Shown: positions 38,888-52,842, counted from the first letter of the whole stretch. The stretch is 63,127 nt of DNA, filler included, from Octopus bimaculoides (GCF_001194135.2; 5 parts of 5 records of this genome joined end to end with filler, not necessarily neighbours in it), one strand, 5' to 3'. Notes: generated from the sequence alone by a model not told the origin. Made by a program: numbers and translations.

Positions 38888-39742
38888 CTATTAAAATAAG
38901 AGGAAAAAAATTGTTTGCAATTTATTACAGATCCTTTTCTGGGTATCATGTGATTCCAACTGAATAAAATTTTTTGTCGTCAAACACAAAATAATTTCTT
39001 AATTTGAGGAGATGGAAAAATGGCAATGGCAATAACCATTTTTTTTAGATTCTTGTAAAGAAAGCATTTCATCCTCATTGTCATTTTAACATCCACTTTT
39101 TCATGCTTGCATGGGTTAGACGGAATTTGTTGAAATGGATTTTCTACAGATGAATGCCCCATCTGTGGCCAACCCTCATCTGTTTCCAAATGAGGTAATA
39201 TTTCCTCATGACCGGACATGTTTTCATAGAAAATTGAAAATGAAGGATACCACTTGCAAGGCAGTGGGTCATTTACAACTATAACATGATGATGAGACAA
39301 GGAGACAACAGCACATATACACACACATACAAATATACATATATATATATANNNNNNNNNNNNNNNNNNNNNNNNNNNNNNNNNNNNNNNNNNNNNNNNN
39401 NNNNNNNNNNNNNNNNNNNNNNNNNNNNNNNNNNNNNNNNNNNNNNNNNNNNNNNNNNNNNNNNNNNNNNNNNNNNNNNNNNNNNNNNNNNNNNNNNNNN
39501 NNNNNNNNNNNNNNNNNNNNNNNNNNNNNNNNNNNNNNNNNNNNNNNNNNNNNNNNNNNNNNNNNNNNNNNNNNNNNNNNNNNNNNNNNNNNNNNNNNNN
39601 NNNNNNNNNNNNNNNNNNNNNNNNNNNNNNNNNNNNNNNNNNNNNNNNNNNNNNNNNNNNNNNNNNNNNNNNNNNNNNNNNNNNNNNNNNNNNNNNNNNN
39701 NNNNNNNNNNNNNNNNNNNNNNNNNNNNNNNNNNNNNNNNNC

Positions 39743-40025
39743 TCATTTGCCGAACCGCTAAGTTACGGGGACGTAAACACACCAGCATCGGTTGCCAAGC
39801 GATGTTGGGGGGACAAACACAGACACACAAACACAAACATACACACATATATATATACATATATACAAGGGGCTTCTTTCAGTTTCCGTCTACCAAATCC
39901 ACTCACAAGGCTTTGGTCGACCCGAAGCTATAGTAGAAGACACTTGCCCAAGGTACCACGCAGTGGGACTGAACCCGGAACCATGTGGTTGGTAAGAAAG
40001 CTACTTACCACACAGCCACTCCTAC
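39743..40025 (-). mobile_element. SINE family 1
   Basis: gccgaaccgctaagttacggggacg...ggactgaacccggaaccatgtggttggtaag. Confidence 0.8.
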
Positions 40026-40609
40026 GAATATTCAAATAATTTTCAAAACTTTCATGTTGTTGTTGTTGTTATTGAGGGTCATTATCCTTCACATAAAAGT
40101 GCTCTAGGTGATGATGAGGAAACTAATAATACGAAACTGAAGTGAGTGGGACTGAATCCGCAGCTGCGCTGTACCTTGTTAGTCAGCAGTGTTTCAAGTT
40201 AATTCAGTTCCTCCAATAGGAAAAGACTCAACAGCAGATATCGACATAATATCTAATTCTTGGCTGTATCGATTGAGTCATATCAAGCTGCTAGTATTAC
40301 CTTTGGAGCTTGTTGTTATCAAGCTGTGAAAATCTGCAAAAATCTTCTTCTTTTTTTTTTTTTTGTATTGATTTTAGAAATATGAGAATCAACCGGAATT
40401 CTTGTCACTTGTAAGTTAAGAAATAATATCATTGGATAAGATGTGATTACACCAGCCAATAGCTGAGTTGACATGATGTTGGATTATCAGACAAACAGTT
40501 CATATTTTGTAGCTCTCTGTTAGCACTGCACAATGTCTATGGCATATTCTTTTATTCTTTCATTCTTTTATTCTTTCATTCTTTTATTCTTTCATTCTTT
40601 CATTCTTTT

Positions 40610-41430
40610 ATTCTTTTACTTGTTTCAGTCACTTGACTGCAGCTATTTTGGAACATCCGCTTTAAAGGGTTTTTTTAGTCAAAGANNNNNNNNNNNNNNN
40701 NNNNNNNNNNNNNNNNNNNNNNNNNNNNNNNNNNNNNNNNNNNNNNNNNNNNNNNNNNNNNNNNNNNNNNNNNNNNNNNNNNNNNNNNNNNNNNNNNNNN
40801 NNNNNNNNNNNNNNNNNNNNNNNNNNNNNNNNNNNNNNNNNNNNNNNNNNNNNNNNNNNNNNNNNNNNNNNNNNNNNNNNNNNNNNNNNNNNNNNNNNNN
40901 NNNNNNNNNNNNNNNNNNNNNNNNNNNNNNNNNNNNNNNNNNNNNNNNNNNNNNNNNNNNNNNNNNNNNNNNNNNNNNNNNNNNNNNNNNNNNNNNNNNN
41001 NNNNNNNNNNNNNNNNNNNNNNNNNNNNNNNNNNNNNNNNNNNNNNNNNNNNNNNNNNNNNNNNNNNNNNNNNNNNNNNNNNNNNNNNNNNNNNNNNNNN
41101 NNNNNNNNNNNNNNNNNNNNNNNNNNNNNNNNNNNNNNNNNNNNNNNNNNNNNNNNNNNNNNNNNNNNNNNNNNNNNNNNNNNNNNNNNNNNNNNNNNNN
41201 NNNNNNNNNNNNNNNNNNNNNNNNNNNNNNNNCAAACATAGACACACAAACACATACACATATATATATATACATATATACGATGAGCTTCTTTCAGTTT
41301 CCGTCTACCAAATCCACTCACAAGGCTTTGGTCGGCCCGAAGCTATAGTAGAAGACACTTGCCCAAGGTGCCATGCAGTGGGACTGAACCCTGAACCATG
41401 TGGTTGGTAAACGAGCTACTTACCACACAC
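40610..41430 (-). mobile_element. SINE family 1 spanning a gap
   Basis: Tail at 40610-40685, head at 41233-41430. Confidence 0.7.
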
Positions 41431-41751
41431 TACTATAGACATAAGAGAATATTAAATGCTATGCTGAACAGCTTTCTGATGACAACCTAGAAGTAACTTA
41501 CTACATTAACTGGAAAGCAATTGTTTGCTGCTTGCTTATTTAGATTTAGTTGACCTCAAATGACTCTCCTAGTGATGACAGAAACAATGGCAGCATTCAG
41601 CTGTAAAAACAATCAATGGTAGTTACAATGTACAAATGTCCTACATTTCCCCTGAAGCTATTTCATCCATATCTCTATAGACAATGGTAATAAATAATTT
41701 TGAAGTAATGTAGCACTGTGACCAGGTTTCTACAACTTTCTACGGCGTTTA

Positions 41752-41930
41752 TCAATTGGTGCGGGGTGTGGATGTGTGGTTAAGAAGTTTGCTTCCCAAG
41801 CTCGTGGTTTTGAGTTCAGTTCCACTGTGTAGCACTTTGAACAAATGTCTTCTACCAGAGCCACAGGCTGACCAAAGCATTTAAAGTGAACGTGGTAGGG
41901 AGAAACTGTGTGGAAACCCATTGTGTGTGT
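41752..41930 (+). mobile_element. SINE family 1-like head, diverged
   Basis: gtgtggttaagaagtttgcttccc...gagttcagttccactg. Confidence 0.6.
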
Positions 41931-42049
41931 ATGCAAATATATATATTAGTATATATTATTATTTTAAATTTTTAGTATTCTTAATTTTTAATATTTTTAA
42001 TATTTCTAATATTTTAATATTATATAGGTATATAAAGGGTTCTTAATGC

Positions 42050-42135
42050 ATCTCTGAAGAACGGAATTACTAATAATAAGATGATCTTTAGATCACTTTG
42101 TGACTGTAGTAATATCCGCGAAACGATCGTAAGAT
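42050..42135 (+). ncRNA. Type I minimal hammerhead ribozyme
   Basis: atct-CTGAAGA-A-[cggaattacta...tagtaatatccg]-C-GAAA-CGATCG-TA-agat: stem I, canonical core, long stem II, palindromic stem III, GUA cleavage triplet ending at 42131. Confidence 0.75.
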
Positions 42136-42499
42136 ATTTTATTCTTTAAACTTTAGGTTTCTTTATATTTTATATTTTAGAATTTATAATATTCATGCTT
42201 ATTTATACATAAATTTTTATACGCATATATATTTAAACATATATATATCTATTTTTAGATTTTTATATGTATTCATATTTATATTCCGTATATTTATGTT
42301 TTAAACTTATAAATTTATTATGTTACCATGTTATGTTGGATGTATATCTTTCAAAATATTAAATATTGATTTCCTGACTATATTATTGATGAGTTCTACG
42401 AATTTATTAATGATATAAAAACACATATATACACATATATATATACACATGCATATACATATGTATGTATGTATGTATGTGTGTATGTATATCTGTGCA

Positions 42500-42660
42500 G
42501 GTACTTACGCAACTGTACACAACTGGTACTTAATTTATCGACCCCGAAAGGATGAAGGACAAAGTTGACCTTGGCAGAATTTGAACTCAGAACATAGTGA
42601 TGGGCGAAATATCGGTCAGCATTTCGTCCAGCATGCTAACAATTCTGCCAGCTCACCACC

Positions 42661-42696
<36 letters not shown>

Positions 42697-42900
42697 GTTT
42701 CAAATTTTGACATGAGATCAGTAATTTCGGGGGAGGAGCAAGTCGATTACATCAACCCCAGTGTTCAACTGGTACTTATTTTATCGACCCCCACAAGGAT
42801 GAAAAGTAAAGTCGCCCTCAGTGGAATTTGAACTCAGAATGTAAAGATAGACGAAATATTGCTAAGCATTTTGCCCAGCATGCTAACAATACTACCACCG
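42500..42900 (-). mobile_element. Two tandem SINE family 3 copies
   Basis: Repeated ttatcgacccc.aaaggatgaa...gaatttgaactcagaa blocks separated by (AAT)n. Confidence 0.75.
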
Positions 42901-43106
42901 TGCCACCTTTTATAACAAAAACAACAGCAACAACAATAATAATCTGGTGTGTTTATTTTAATGGCCTATCAAAGTATACAGTGAGTTTCTTTGCCCTAGG
43001 TGTTGGGAAGATACTCAGCAAGAAATTGAAAGAAGAAAATAATAATAACAACAACAACAATTATATCATTCATTTTTGAAATAAAAAATTGGAATTGAAG
43101 ATTTAC

Positions 43107-43306
43107 CTTTTTGGTGTCATATTAACATCCCACCGTTCTAAAAGGAATTGTTCACCGCCATGTTCAGCATTACTGTCAACAAACATGATATCGGTCTGTT
43201 GCTGGTTATGTCTGCATTTTGGAAACAGAAGTAGCTCTATACACATAGGAATACTGTTCTTCCAGAGTGTTTCCATATACATCTTGAATTTCTTTGCTTC
43301 ACAACA
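43107..43306 (-). CDS. ATOSA: Atos homolog, coding exon 2 in window
   Basis: Acceptor ttttattccatttAG, donor GTaaat, 200 nt (phase 0 to 2): CCEAKKFKMYMETLWKNSIPMCIELLLFPKC...EQFLLERWDVNMTPK. Matches FAM214A LWKNNLPIMVEVMLLP...LLLERW. Phase joins the previous exon. Not in the ORF track. Confidence 0.88.
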
Positions 43307-43370
43307 CTAAATGGAATAAAAATAAAAAAATCAGTCAAGTTACAGCTAACTCACACAGACACATATGCAT

Positions 43371-43416
<46 letters not shown>

Positions 43417-43521
43417 GTGAAACACATACATGCTCTCTTCTTTTTTCTCTCTCTCTCTCTCACTGTAAAACAAATGTAAGTTTGTTTATATACGTACATG
43501 GCTGTTATATATGTGTATATA

Positions 43522-43562
<41 letters not shown>

Positions 43563-43636
43563 GTATGTGTGTGTGTGTGTGTGTATAAAGAGACAGACAG
43601 ACAGAAAAAGAGAGAGTATGTGTGTGTGTGTGTGTT

Positions 43637-43688
<52 letters not shown>

Positions 43689-43976
43689 TGTGTGTGTGTG
43701 TGTATAAAAAGACAGACAGACAGAAAAAGAGAGAGTATGTGTGTGTATGTATGTCATAATATATATGTAGCTGTGTGTGTGTACACACACATGTATATAT
43801 ATGTATATGCATACATATGAATATGAAAGCTAAAACGATGCAAAGTGCATTGTGAGCAGCAACGTGTAACAACATCCGATAGTCTGGTTGATCATGTGCA
43901 CATGATTACATATCAATTATATGAATTTTATATTTATATTTTGTAAACAAATATATATATGATGTGTATATGTATG

Positions 43977-44018
<42 letters not shown>

Positions 44019-44026
44019 AATGTATG

Positions 44027-44060
<34 letters not shown>

Positions 44061-44639
44061 TATATACATAAATGTATGTATATATATATGTATGTGTATA
44101 TGTATGTGTGTGTGCACGTTTATGTGATAATAAACCAAAGAATAGAAGTTTTACCATGAATTACAGAATTAATTGTTTTTAAATTGGTACTTATTTTTAT
44201 CAGGTTCTTTTGCAGAACCACTAAGTTATGGAGACATAAACAAACCAACACCGGCTCTCAACTGGCAGGGGTGGGCAACTCAAACACACACATGACAGGC
44301 TTCTACACATCTAACAAACTTCCACCTCACAAATTCACTCACAAGGCACTGGTTGGCCAGTAGAAGACACTTGCTATAACAGACCCAAAAGTGATGCCCC
44401 TACAGCCCACCCAGCTATGCTAGTGGAAGGACCACCTGTGAACAGTTTTCTGCTAATCCCTAATTGAGATATACAAATTTGATTCCCTATTCGTATAATT
44501 TTTCTGTTATGCCACATCTGATTTGTCTTAGCATCCTTCATTCATTTAATAGTACTCAATCAATCAGAAAATGTTTCTGTTGTTATTTCAATGCAATCTT
44601 AATCTCTCTTTTTAAAATGTAGCAGCGATTTGAAATTGA

Positions 44640-44985
44640 ATCCTAGATATGCCGTTGCCAGTACCGCCTGACTGGCCTTCATAGGATTTTCGAGCGAGAT
44701 CGTTGCCAGTGCCCCTGGACTGGCTCCTGTGCGGGTGGCACATAAAATACACCATTTTGAGCGTGGCCGTTGCCAGTACCGCCTGACTGGCCTTCGTGCG
44801 GGTGACACGTAAAAGCACCCACTACACTCTCTGAGTGGTTGGCGTTAGTAAGGGCATCCAGCTGTAGAAACCCTGCCAAATCAGATTGGAGGCTGGTGTT
44901 GCCATCTGGTTTCACCAGTCCTCAGTCAAATCGTCCAACCCATGCCAGCATGGAAAGCAGACGTTAAACGACAACGATGATGATA
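44640..44985 (+). mobile_element. Repeat family 4 (RTE-tailed SINE/LINE 3' end)
   Basis: Ends gcatggaaagcagacgttaaacgacaacgatgatga; internal ccgttgccagtaccgcc subrepeats. Confidence 0.7.
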
Positions 44986-45641
44986 TGCAGTCAGATATCA
45001 TGAGTTTAACCACTATAGTTTCATGTGATTGGTCCGTTAATCAACCAATGAGAGCCAAGCGATGGTGTGGACAGGTTTTCTCGAGCATTCTACGATTTGT
45101 CTTCTGATCCCCAATAAAAGCCGTTCAATACACATTTTTTCACCAGCCGGACAACCCAGGAAGGCAGCTAAGTCAGATGACAGATAAATGACAGGAACCT
45201 CTGTTGTCATGAATGTATTACATACAATTGTTTCCAGTTATGTTAGACAAACCAAATGTTGCCGTATCAACAGCTTGCCATACACTCTCCAAGCAGTATC
45301 TCCCCCCCTCCACCCCCAGTATGTAATTATTACTGTTGTTATCTGTAAAACGCCAATGCAGCTTTGTCATTATGTGCAATGATAAAATCTTCTGTTAAAT
45401 GTTTGCAGATGTTGTTCAGTTACTTCTTTGCGCAGCCCCCCAAAATAAATTTGCTTTCTTTGACTCAAAACAGCAGCAGCAACAACAGGATTACCCATGC
45501 GACAAAACAAATTCTAAAGGTAGTCCGTCCTCTATATAGTCATTTACTGTGCTAGAAATAGCAGCATTCCTGTGGGTACATTCTAAGGCATGTAGCATAT
45601 CAAACAGCCATACCAACAAATTTACCTCAGATATTTTAGTT

Positions 45642-45692
<51 letters not shown>

Positions 45693-45762
45693 GTGTGTGT
45701 AATGTACTGTTCCATAATGGTAAGATCAACAAAAATAGTACTCCATCTGGTGAGAGATATAT

Positions 45763-47325
45763 CATCATCATCATCATCATTTAACGTCTGCTTTCCATGC
45801 TAGCATGGGTTGGATGATTTGACTGAGGACTGGTGAAACCAGATGGCTACACCAGGCTCCAATCTGATTTGGCAGAGTTTCTACAGCTGGATGCCCTTCC
45901 TAATACCAACCACTCCGAGAGTGTAGTGGGTGCTTTTACATGCCACCAGCATGAGGGCCAATCAGGCGGTACTGGCAACGGCCATGCTCAAATAGGTGTA
46001 TTTTACGTGCCACCTGCACAGGAGCCAGTCCAGCGGCACTGGCAATGACCTCGCTTGAATGTTTTTTAACNNNNNNNNNNNNNNNNNNNNNNNNNNNNNN
46101 NNNNNNNNNNNNNNNNNNNNNNNNNNNNNNNNNNNNNNNNNNNNNNNNNNNNNNNNNNNNNNNNNNNNNNNNNNNNNNNNNNNNNNNNNNNNNNNNNNNN
46201 NNNNNNNNNNNNNNNNNNNNNNNNNNNNNNNNNNNNNNNNNNNNNNNNNNNNNNNNNNNNNNNNNNNNNNNNNNNNNNNNNNNNNNNNNNNNNNNNNNNN
46301 NNNNNNNNNNNNNNNNNNNNNNNNNNNNNNNNNNNNNNNNNNNNNNNNNNNNNNNNNNNNNNNNNNNNNNNNNNNNNNNNNNNNNNNNNNNNNNNNNNNN
46401 NNNNNNNNNNNNNNNNNNNNNNNNNNNNNNNNNNNNNNNNNNNNNNNNNNNNNNNNNNNNNNNNNNNNNNNNNNNNNNNNNNNNNNNNNNNNNNNNNNNN
46501 NNNNNNNNNNNNNNNNNNNNNNNNNNNNNNNNNNNNNNNNNNNNNNNNNNNNNNNNNNNNNNNNNNNNNNNNNNNNNNNNNNNNNNNNNNNNNNNNNNNN
46601 NNNNNNNNNNNNNNNNNNNNNNNNNNNNNNNNNNNNNNNNNNNNNNNNNNNNNNNNNNNNNNNNNNNNNNNNNNNNNNNNNNNNNNNNNNNNNNNNNNNN
46701 NNNNNNNNNNNNNNNNNNNNNNNNNNNNNNNNNNNNNNNNNNNNNNNNNNNNNNNNNNNNNNNNNNNNNNNNNNNNNNNNNNNNNNNNNNNNNNNNNNNN
46801 NNNNNNNNNNNNNNNNNNNNNNNNNNNNNNNNNNNNNNNNNNNNNNNNNNNNNNNNNNNNNNNNNNNNNNNNNNNNNNNNNNNNNNNNNNNNNNNNNNNN
46901 NNNNNNNNNNNNNNNNNNNNNNNNNNNNNNNNNNNNNNNNNNNNNNNNNNNNNNNNNNNNNNNNNNNNNNGATATATCATCATCATCATCATCATTTAAC
47001 GTCTGCTTTCCATGCTAGCATGGGTTGGATGATTTGACTGAGGACTGGTGAAACCAGATGTCTACACCAGGCCCCAATCTGATTTGGTAGAGTTTCTACA
47101 GCTGGATGCCCTTACTAACGCCAACCACTCAGAGAGTGTAGTGGGTGCTTTTACGTGCCACCGGCACGAAGGCCAGTCAAGCGGTACTGGCAACGGCCAT
47201 GCTAGAAATGGTGTATTTTACATGCCACCCGCACAAGAGCCAGTCCAGGGGCACTGGCAACGATCTCGCTCAAAATCCTCCGAAGGCCAGTCAGGCGGTA
47301 CTGGCAACGGCCATGCTCAAAATCG
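45763..47325 (-). mobile_element. Two tandem family 4 copies on either side of a gap
   Basis: 45763-46070 and 46971-47325 share the gatatatcatcatc...tttaacgtctgctttccatgctagc start but differ internally. Confidence 0.7.
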
Positions 47326-47499
47326 TAATATACATACATACATTCATGTGAATAGAGAGAAACAGAGACTGAAATATGAGCACTCATTGTATAAATATAT
47401 ATTTATATATTAACAGAGAAGATTTACACAGAATACAAAAAGATAAAGAACTACGGAGAAAAGATATGCCAATGTAGTGATTTCAAACTTGTTACATTA

Positions 47500-47990
47500 T
47501 TCACTATAATTTATAGTGTTCAAGGAAACATCAGAAATGGTAAATTCTTAAAATAATTACTTTACCTTACATTCTCCAAGAGAATATCATAAATGTTATA
47601 ATCCTTTTATAATATTCACCATACCTTATGTTCATCATATTTTATACTCTTCAAGTCAACGTATGAAACAGTAGCGCCATTTTATATAATCACTTAACCT
47701 TATATTCTCCAAGACATATAAGGTGTTACAATCTCTTTATAATATTCACGATGCATTAGACGATTAGACTCATCAAGACAATATTAGAAACGGTAAATTC
47801 CATTTCCATAATCACTTTACCTTATATTCTCTGAGACAACAAAAATGGTTGTATGATCTCTTTATGATATTCACTATATCACATACACTCTTCAATATAA
47901 CATTAGAAATGCTAAATTTCTTTAAAATATTCATTGTGCTTTGTTTGTAATCTCTCAGACACCATAGCAAATAGTAAAATCCTTTTTATG
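47500..47990. repeat. Degenerate AT-rich tandem repeat (about 60/120-bp period)
   Basis: Recurring aatcactttaccttatattctc and tctctttataatattcac blocks. Confidence 0.55.
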
Positions 47991-48094
47991 TTATCTTTCA
48001 TCTTTTACATGTTTCAGCCATTAGACTGAGGCCAATCTGGGGCACCACCCTGGTGAGCTTTTAGCTGAATGAATCAACAACATTACTCTCTCAT

Positions 48095-48297
48095 TACTCT
48101 TTTACTTATTTCAGTCATTTGACTGTGGCCATGCTGGAGCACCGCCTTTAGTCGAGCAAATCGACCCCAGGACTTATTCTTTGGAAGCCTAGTACTTATT
48201 CTATCGGTTTCTTTTGCCAAACAGCTAAGTTATGGGGACGTAAACACACCAGCATCAGTTGTCAAGCGATGGTGGGAGGACAAACACAGACACACAA

Positions 48298-48330
<33 letters not shown>

Positions 48331-49193
48331 NNNNNNNNNNNNNNNNNNNNNNNNNNNNNNNNNNNNNNNNNNNNNNNNNNNNNNNNNNNNNNNNNNNNNN
48401 NNNNNNNNNNNNNNNNNNNNNNNNNNNNNNNNNNNNNNNNNNNNNNNNNNNNNNNNNNNNNNNNNNNNNNNNNNNNNNNNNNNNNNNNNNNNNNNNNNNN
48501 NNNNNNNNNNNNNNNNNNNNNNNNNNNNNNNNNNNNNNNNNNNNNNNNNNNNNNNNNNNNNNNNNNNNNNNNNNNNNNNNNNNNNNNNNNNNNNNNNNNN
48601 NNNNNNNNNNNNNNNNNNNNNNNNNNNNNNNNNNNNNNNNNNNNNNNNNNNNNNNNNNNNNNNNNNNNNNNNNNNNNNNNNNNNNNNNNNNNNNNNNNNN
48701 NNNNNNNNNNNNNNNNNNNNNNNNNNNNNNNNNNNNNNNNNNNNNNNNNNNNNNNNNNNNNNNNNNNNNNNNNNNNNNNNNNNNNNNNNNNNNNNNNNNN
48801 NNNNNNNNNNNNNNNNNNNNNNNNNNNNNNNNNNNNNNNNNNNNNNNNNNNNNNNNNNNNNNNNNNNNNNNNNNNNNNNNNNNNNNNNNNNNNNNNNNNN
48901 NNNNNNNNNNNNNNNNNNNNNNNNNNNNNNNNNNNNNNNNNNNNNNNNNNNNNNNNNNNNNNNNNNNNNNNNNNNNNNNNNNNNNNNNNNNNNNNNNNNN
49001 NNNNNNNNNNNNNNNNNNNNNNNNNNNNNNNNNNNNNNNNNNNNNNNNNNNNNNNNNNNNNNNNNNNNNNNNNNNNNNNNNNNNNNNNNNNNNNNNNNNN
49101 NNNNNNNNNNNNNNNNNNNNNNNNNNNNNNNNNNNNNNNNNNNNNNNNNNNNNNNNNNNNNNNNNNNNNNNNNNNNNNNNNNNNNNNNNNNNN

Positions 49194-49242
<49 letters not shown>

Positions 49243-49408
49243 TATATACGACGGGCTTCTTTCAGTTTCCATCTACCAAATCCACTCATAAGGCCTTGTT
49301 CAGCCCAAGGCTGTATTAGTAGACAATTGTCCAAGGTGCCACTCAGTGGGACTGAACCCGGAACCATGTGGTTGGGAAGCAAACTTCTTACCACACAGCT
49401 ATGCCTGC
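48095..49408 (-). mobile_element. SINE family 1 spanning a gap
   Basis: Tail tcattactcttttacttatttcagtcatttgactg; head at 49250-49408. Confidence 0.75.
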
Positions 49409-49612
49409 ATCTTATTAGACCTTATAATTATCTCAGACAACACTAATTATTTTCAACTCATTAGTATGTATTCACAATAACCTCTCTGAAACAAAGATAA
49501 TGTCACTATAAATAGATATGGTTAATCCATAAGATTATTTCAACATCTCGCTTGTAATGCCTTCTAAATAATAGACCACCAAATAAATAACTAAATAAAT
49601 AAATAAATCCAT

Positions 49613-49884
<272 letters not shown>

Positions 49885-49959
49885 ACACACAAGGGTGTTA
49901 CAGACAAGTATATGCTTGCATTTACATATATGTGTCCATTTTCCTGTGCGGTGCCACAT

Positions 49960-50155
49960 AAAAACATCTGTGCAGTGCCACATAAAAGCATCCAGCCAAC
50001 TCTGAAAAGTGGTTGGTGTTAGGAAGGGCATCAAAACCATAGAACCATGCCAAATCAGACTGGAGTCTGGCGCAGTCACCAGGTTACCAGCTCTGGTCAC
50101 ACCATCCAACCCATGCCAGAATGGACAATGGACATTAAATGATAATGATGATGAT
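49960..50155 (+). mobile_element. Family 4 3' fragment
   Basis: gtggttggtgttaggaagggcatc...ccatccaacccatgccag..atgga..cattaaatgataatgatga. Confidence 0.6.
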
Positions 50156-50221
50156 GAGGATGATGTGTATATGTTTGTATATATGCATGCATGTATTTGC
50201 ATGTTGTAAAGTTCTACTCAC

Positions 50222-50400
50222 CCTGATGTCCTGGTAATCACAGACATGCTTATTGACCTTCGGGAACTGAGGACAGTGTGGGCCCTCAGTTCTTCCTTTT
50301 GCCGACAGCTCAGGTAGACGAGCCTCAACAATTAGCATCCCTATTGTAACAAACAGCTCTCGAGGATCCCAGTCTTCATCCTCCATATTCTGCTGGAGAT
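50222..50400 (-). CDS. ATOSA: Atos homolog (FAM214A/ATOSA-like), internal coding exon 1 in window
   Basis: Acceptor ttcttctctttgcgttgcAG and donor GTgagt bound a 179-nt exon (phase 1 to 0): DLQQNMEDEDWDPRELFVTIGMLIVEARLPELSAKGRTEGPHCPQFPKVNKHVCDYQDIR. Aligns to the FAM214A N-terminus as recalled (YDAEEFLVSLALLITEGRTPECSVKGRTESFHCP). Confidence 0.88.
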
Positions 50401-51146
50401 CTGCAACGCAAAGAGAAGAACCATTGTAAAAATCTTTATAATATCGGAATGGTAGAGGGCTGAGTTGTGTAAGAGAAGAAATCTCTGAAAATGACAAGCA
50501 TTTGTAAAACTGTATTTCATTTACTATATGGTGTCGAAACTATAATGATATCTGATCGGCAGCTGATGATGCACGTATATGTTTGATACTTGGGTTTGAG
50601 ACCTGGCTGACAGGGAAGAGAGGGAGGGAGGGAGGAGGAGGAGGAGCGGGAAGAGGAGGTGGGATACTCTAAAACAAAGCCCTCCTCAGTAACAGCAACA
50701 ACAGCAACCCGTATAAATACCTTCAGCATTGACACCAACATCACCAGTGCAAAGGCAATAAAAAGACTGCAGCATGGGGGAGTCACCAAAAGGAATAAAA
50801 TAAAAACACATCCAAACAACACAGAGCAGCACAAACTACTTTACACTCTTCTACCTTACTGTTGTAAGATGTATACGTCCACCTCATACTTGTACACTCG
50901 ATTCTCAATGTGCTCCTTCTGTCCCTTATGTAATGTATCAGAAGACACTTCCATAGCATTCATAAATAATCAGTGCAAACATTGAAATAAATTTGAACCA
51001 GAAAAACCATGAGCCAATGAGTAATTTTTGTAATTATAGACTTTTAAGGATAGCTTAATTAATTAGCACTAACTAACATTTCAGTTACGATGTGGATTCA
51101 TTATATAAAAGGAAATGCTTCATAATATGTAAACGAAATGACATAA

Positions 51147-51195
<49 letters not shown>

Positions 51196-51229
51196 ATAAT
51201 ATATGTGTACCTATATATACAAATCCATG

Positions 51230-51275
<46 letters not shown>

Positions 51276-51872
51276 TACATCATACACATACCTGTATGTA
51301 TATATATACATGTGTGTGTGTGTTGTATGTAAATGCATGTATATNNNNNNNNNNNNNNNNNNNNNNNNNNNNNNNNNNNNNNNNNNNNNNNNNNNNNNNN
51401 NNNNNNNNNNNNNNNNNNNNNNNNNNNNNNNNNNNNNNNNNNNNNNNNNNNNNNNNNNNNNNNNNNNNNNNNNGGACTTGTGCCTGGGAGGGTAACATTC
51501 TAGGTGCAATCCCATGGTCAGTCATGACCGAAGGGGGTCTCAGCATGGGTATGTGCAAGGAAAAACAAGGTAGACCGAGGAAAAGCTGGAGGGGACAGGT
51601 GGAGGAGGAGATTAGTGGGGGGGGGCTAGTTTAAAAAAAGGAGGGCGCCCCCCCCACCCCGGGCAAGATGGCAAGATGGTGTGAGGGTAGGAGCTATGGC
51701 ACTGAGGTAGATCTGCCCCCCCCTGGTAACGGGGGGGGGGGGACAAAACCCAGATTTAAAACACTGGATGATGATGATGATGATGATGCATACACATGTA
51801 CATATATGCACATGCATATACAGACATACACACAAATATGTATCTGTATGTATGTGTGCATACATACACACA

Positions 51873-51907
<35 letters not shown>

Positions 51908-52809
51908 TACAAATATTCATGCCTCTGATTGTTTGTGGAAGAGGAATGGGGGATACCATATCCATGGCAACAAGCTGGGTGTTATCTACCATACATACTC
52001 ATGGAGAATAACACTATGATGATGGTGGCGGTGGTGGTGGTGGTGGTGGCCGTCACCGTTGGTGATAAAGGTTTCAAGGAGGGGGTGGGGGACCAATAAA
52101 GGAACCTGTACGTGGTCATTAACCCTGCTAGAAATAGCAGATAAATCTCTTCTAAATAAGATTTATCGATTAGTGCAATACAAGGAACCAACATCTATAA
52201 TAACAGTAAGTCTCTATATAGTCGCTCGATTTGCTAGAAACAACAGCCAAATCTCGTTAACGTTTTCATTACAAATTCCTGCTGAAATACAATGTTCTTT
52301 GTTTCAATTAATTTTGAAATTAATGAAGAAATTAAACTGGGTTTTTTTCGAGCATAAATTAGCACGAGATTTTTTTAATGAAATGTTTTAAATTTAAATC
52401 TCTTTACAACAAGGAAGTTTTGTACCGTAGAATCAAGATGGGGCGGGTGGGGGTGCAGTATCGGACAGATGTAGGGGATGCATAATGTCGAAAAAAAAAA
52501 AAGGCGGAGTGGTCATGGTTGGAACCACTTTGATCACAGATCTGGAACTAAACAACAACAACAACAACAATCACAACAACGAAATTAACAGCAGCAGTAA
52601 TACTACAATTAGAGCAAGTGGTAGGAAGAGGCGAGAGGTACACGAGCACTTATAATGTGTTTATATATAGAGACCCAGATGTCTCAATTCCCTCTCGGTC
52701 TCAATCTCCCTCCCACTCCCTTTCTTCCTATTTATTTATGCATTTTTCTGCCCCGCCCCCACCCACCTTTGCTCTCTTTCTCCAGTGTTTCACATAGCAT
52801 CTATTGTAT

Positions 52810-52842
<33 letters not shown>

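Noticed and set aside
45010-45210. Minus-strand 57-codon frame VIYLSSDLAAFLGCPAGEKMCIERLL, loosely SWIB-like
   Set aside because: Lies between Atos exons that already join in phase and align directly to the homologue; no convincing donor; similarity weak.
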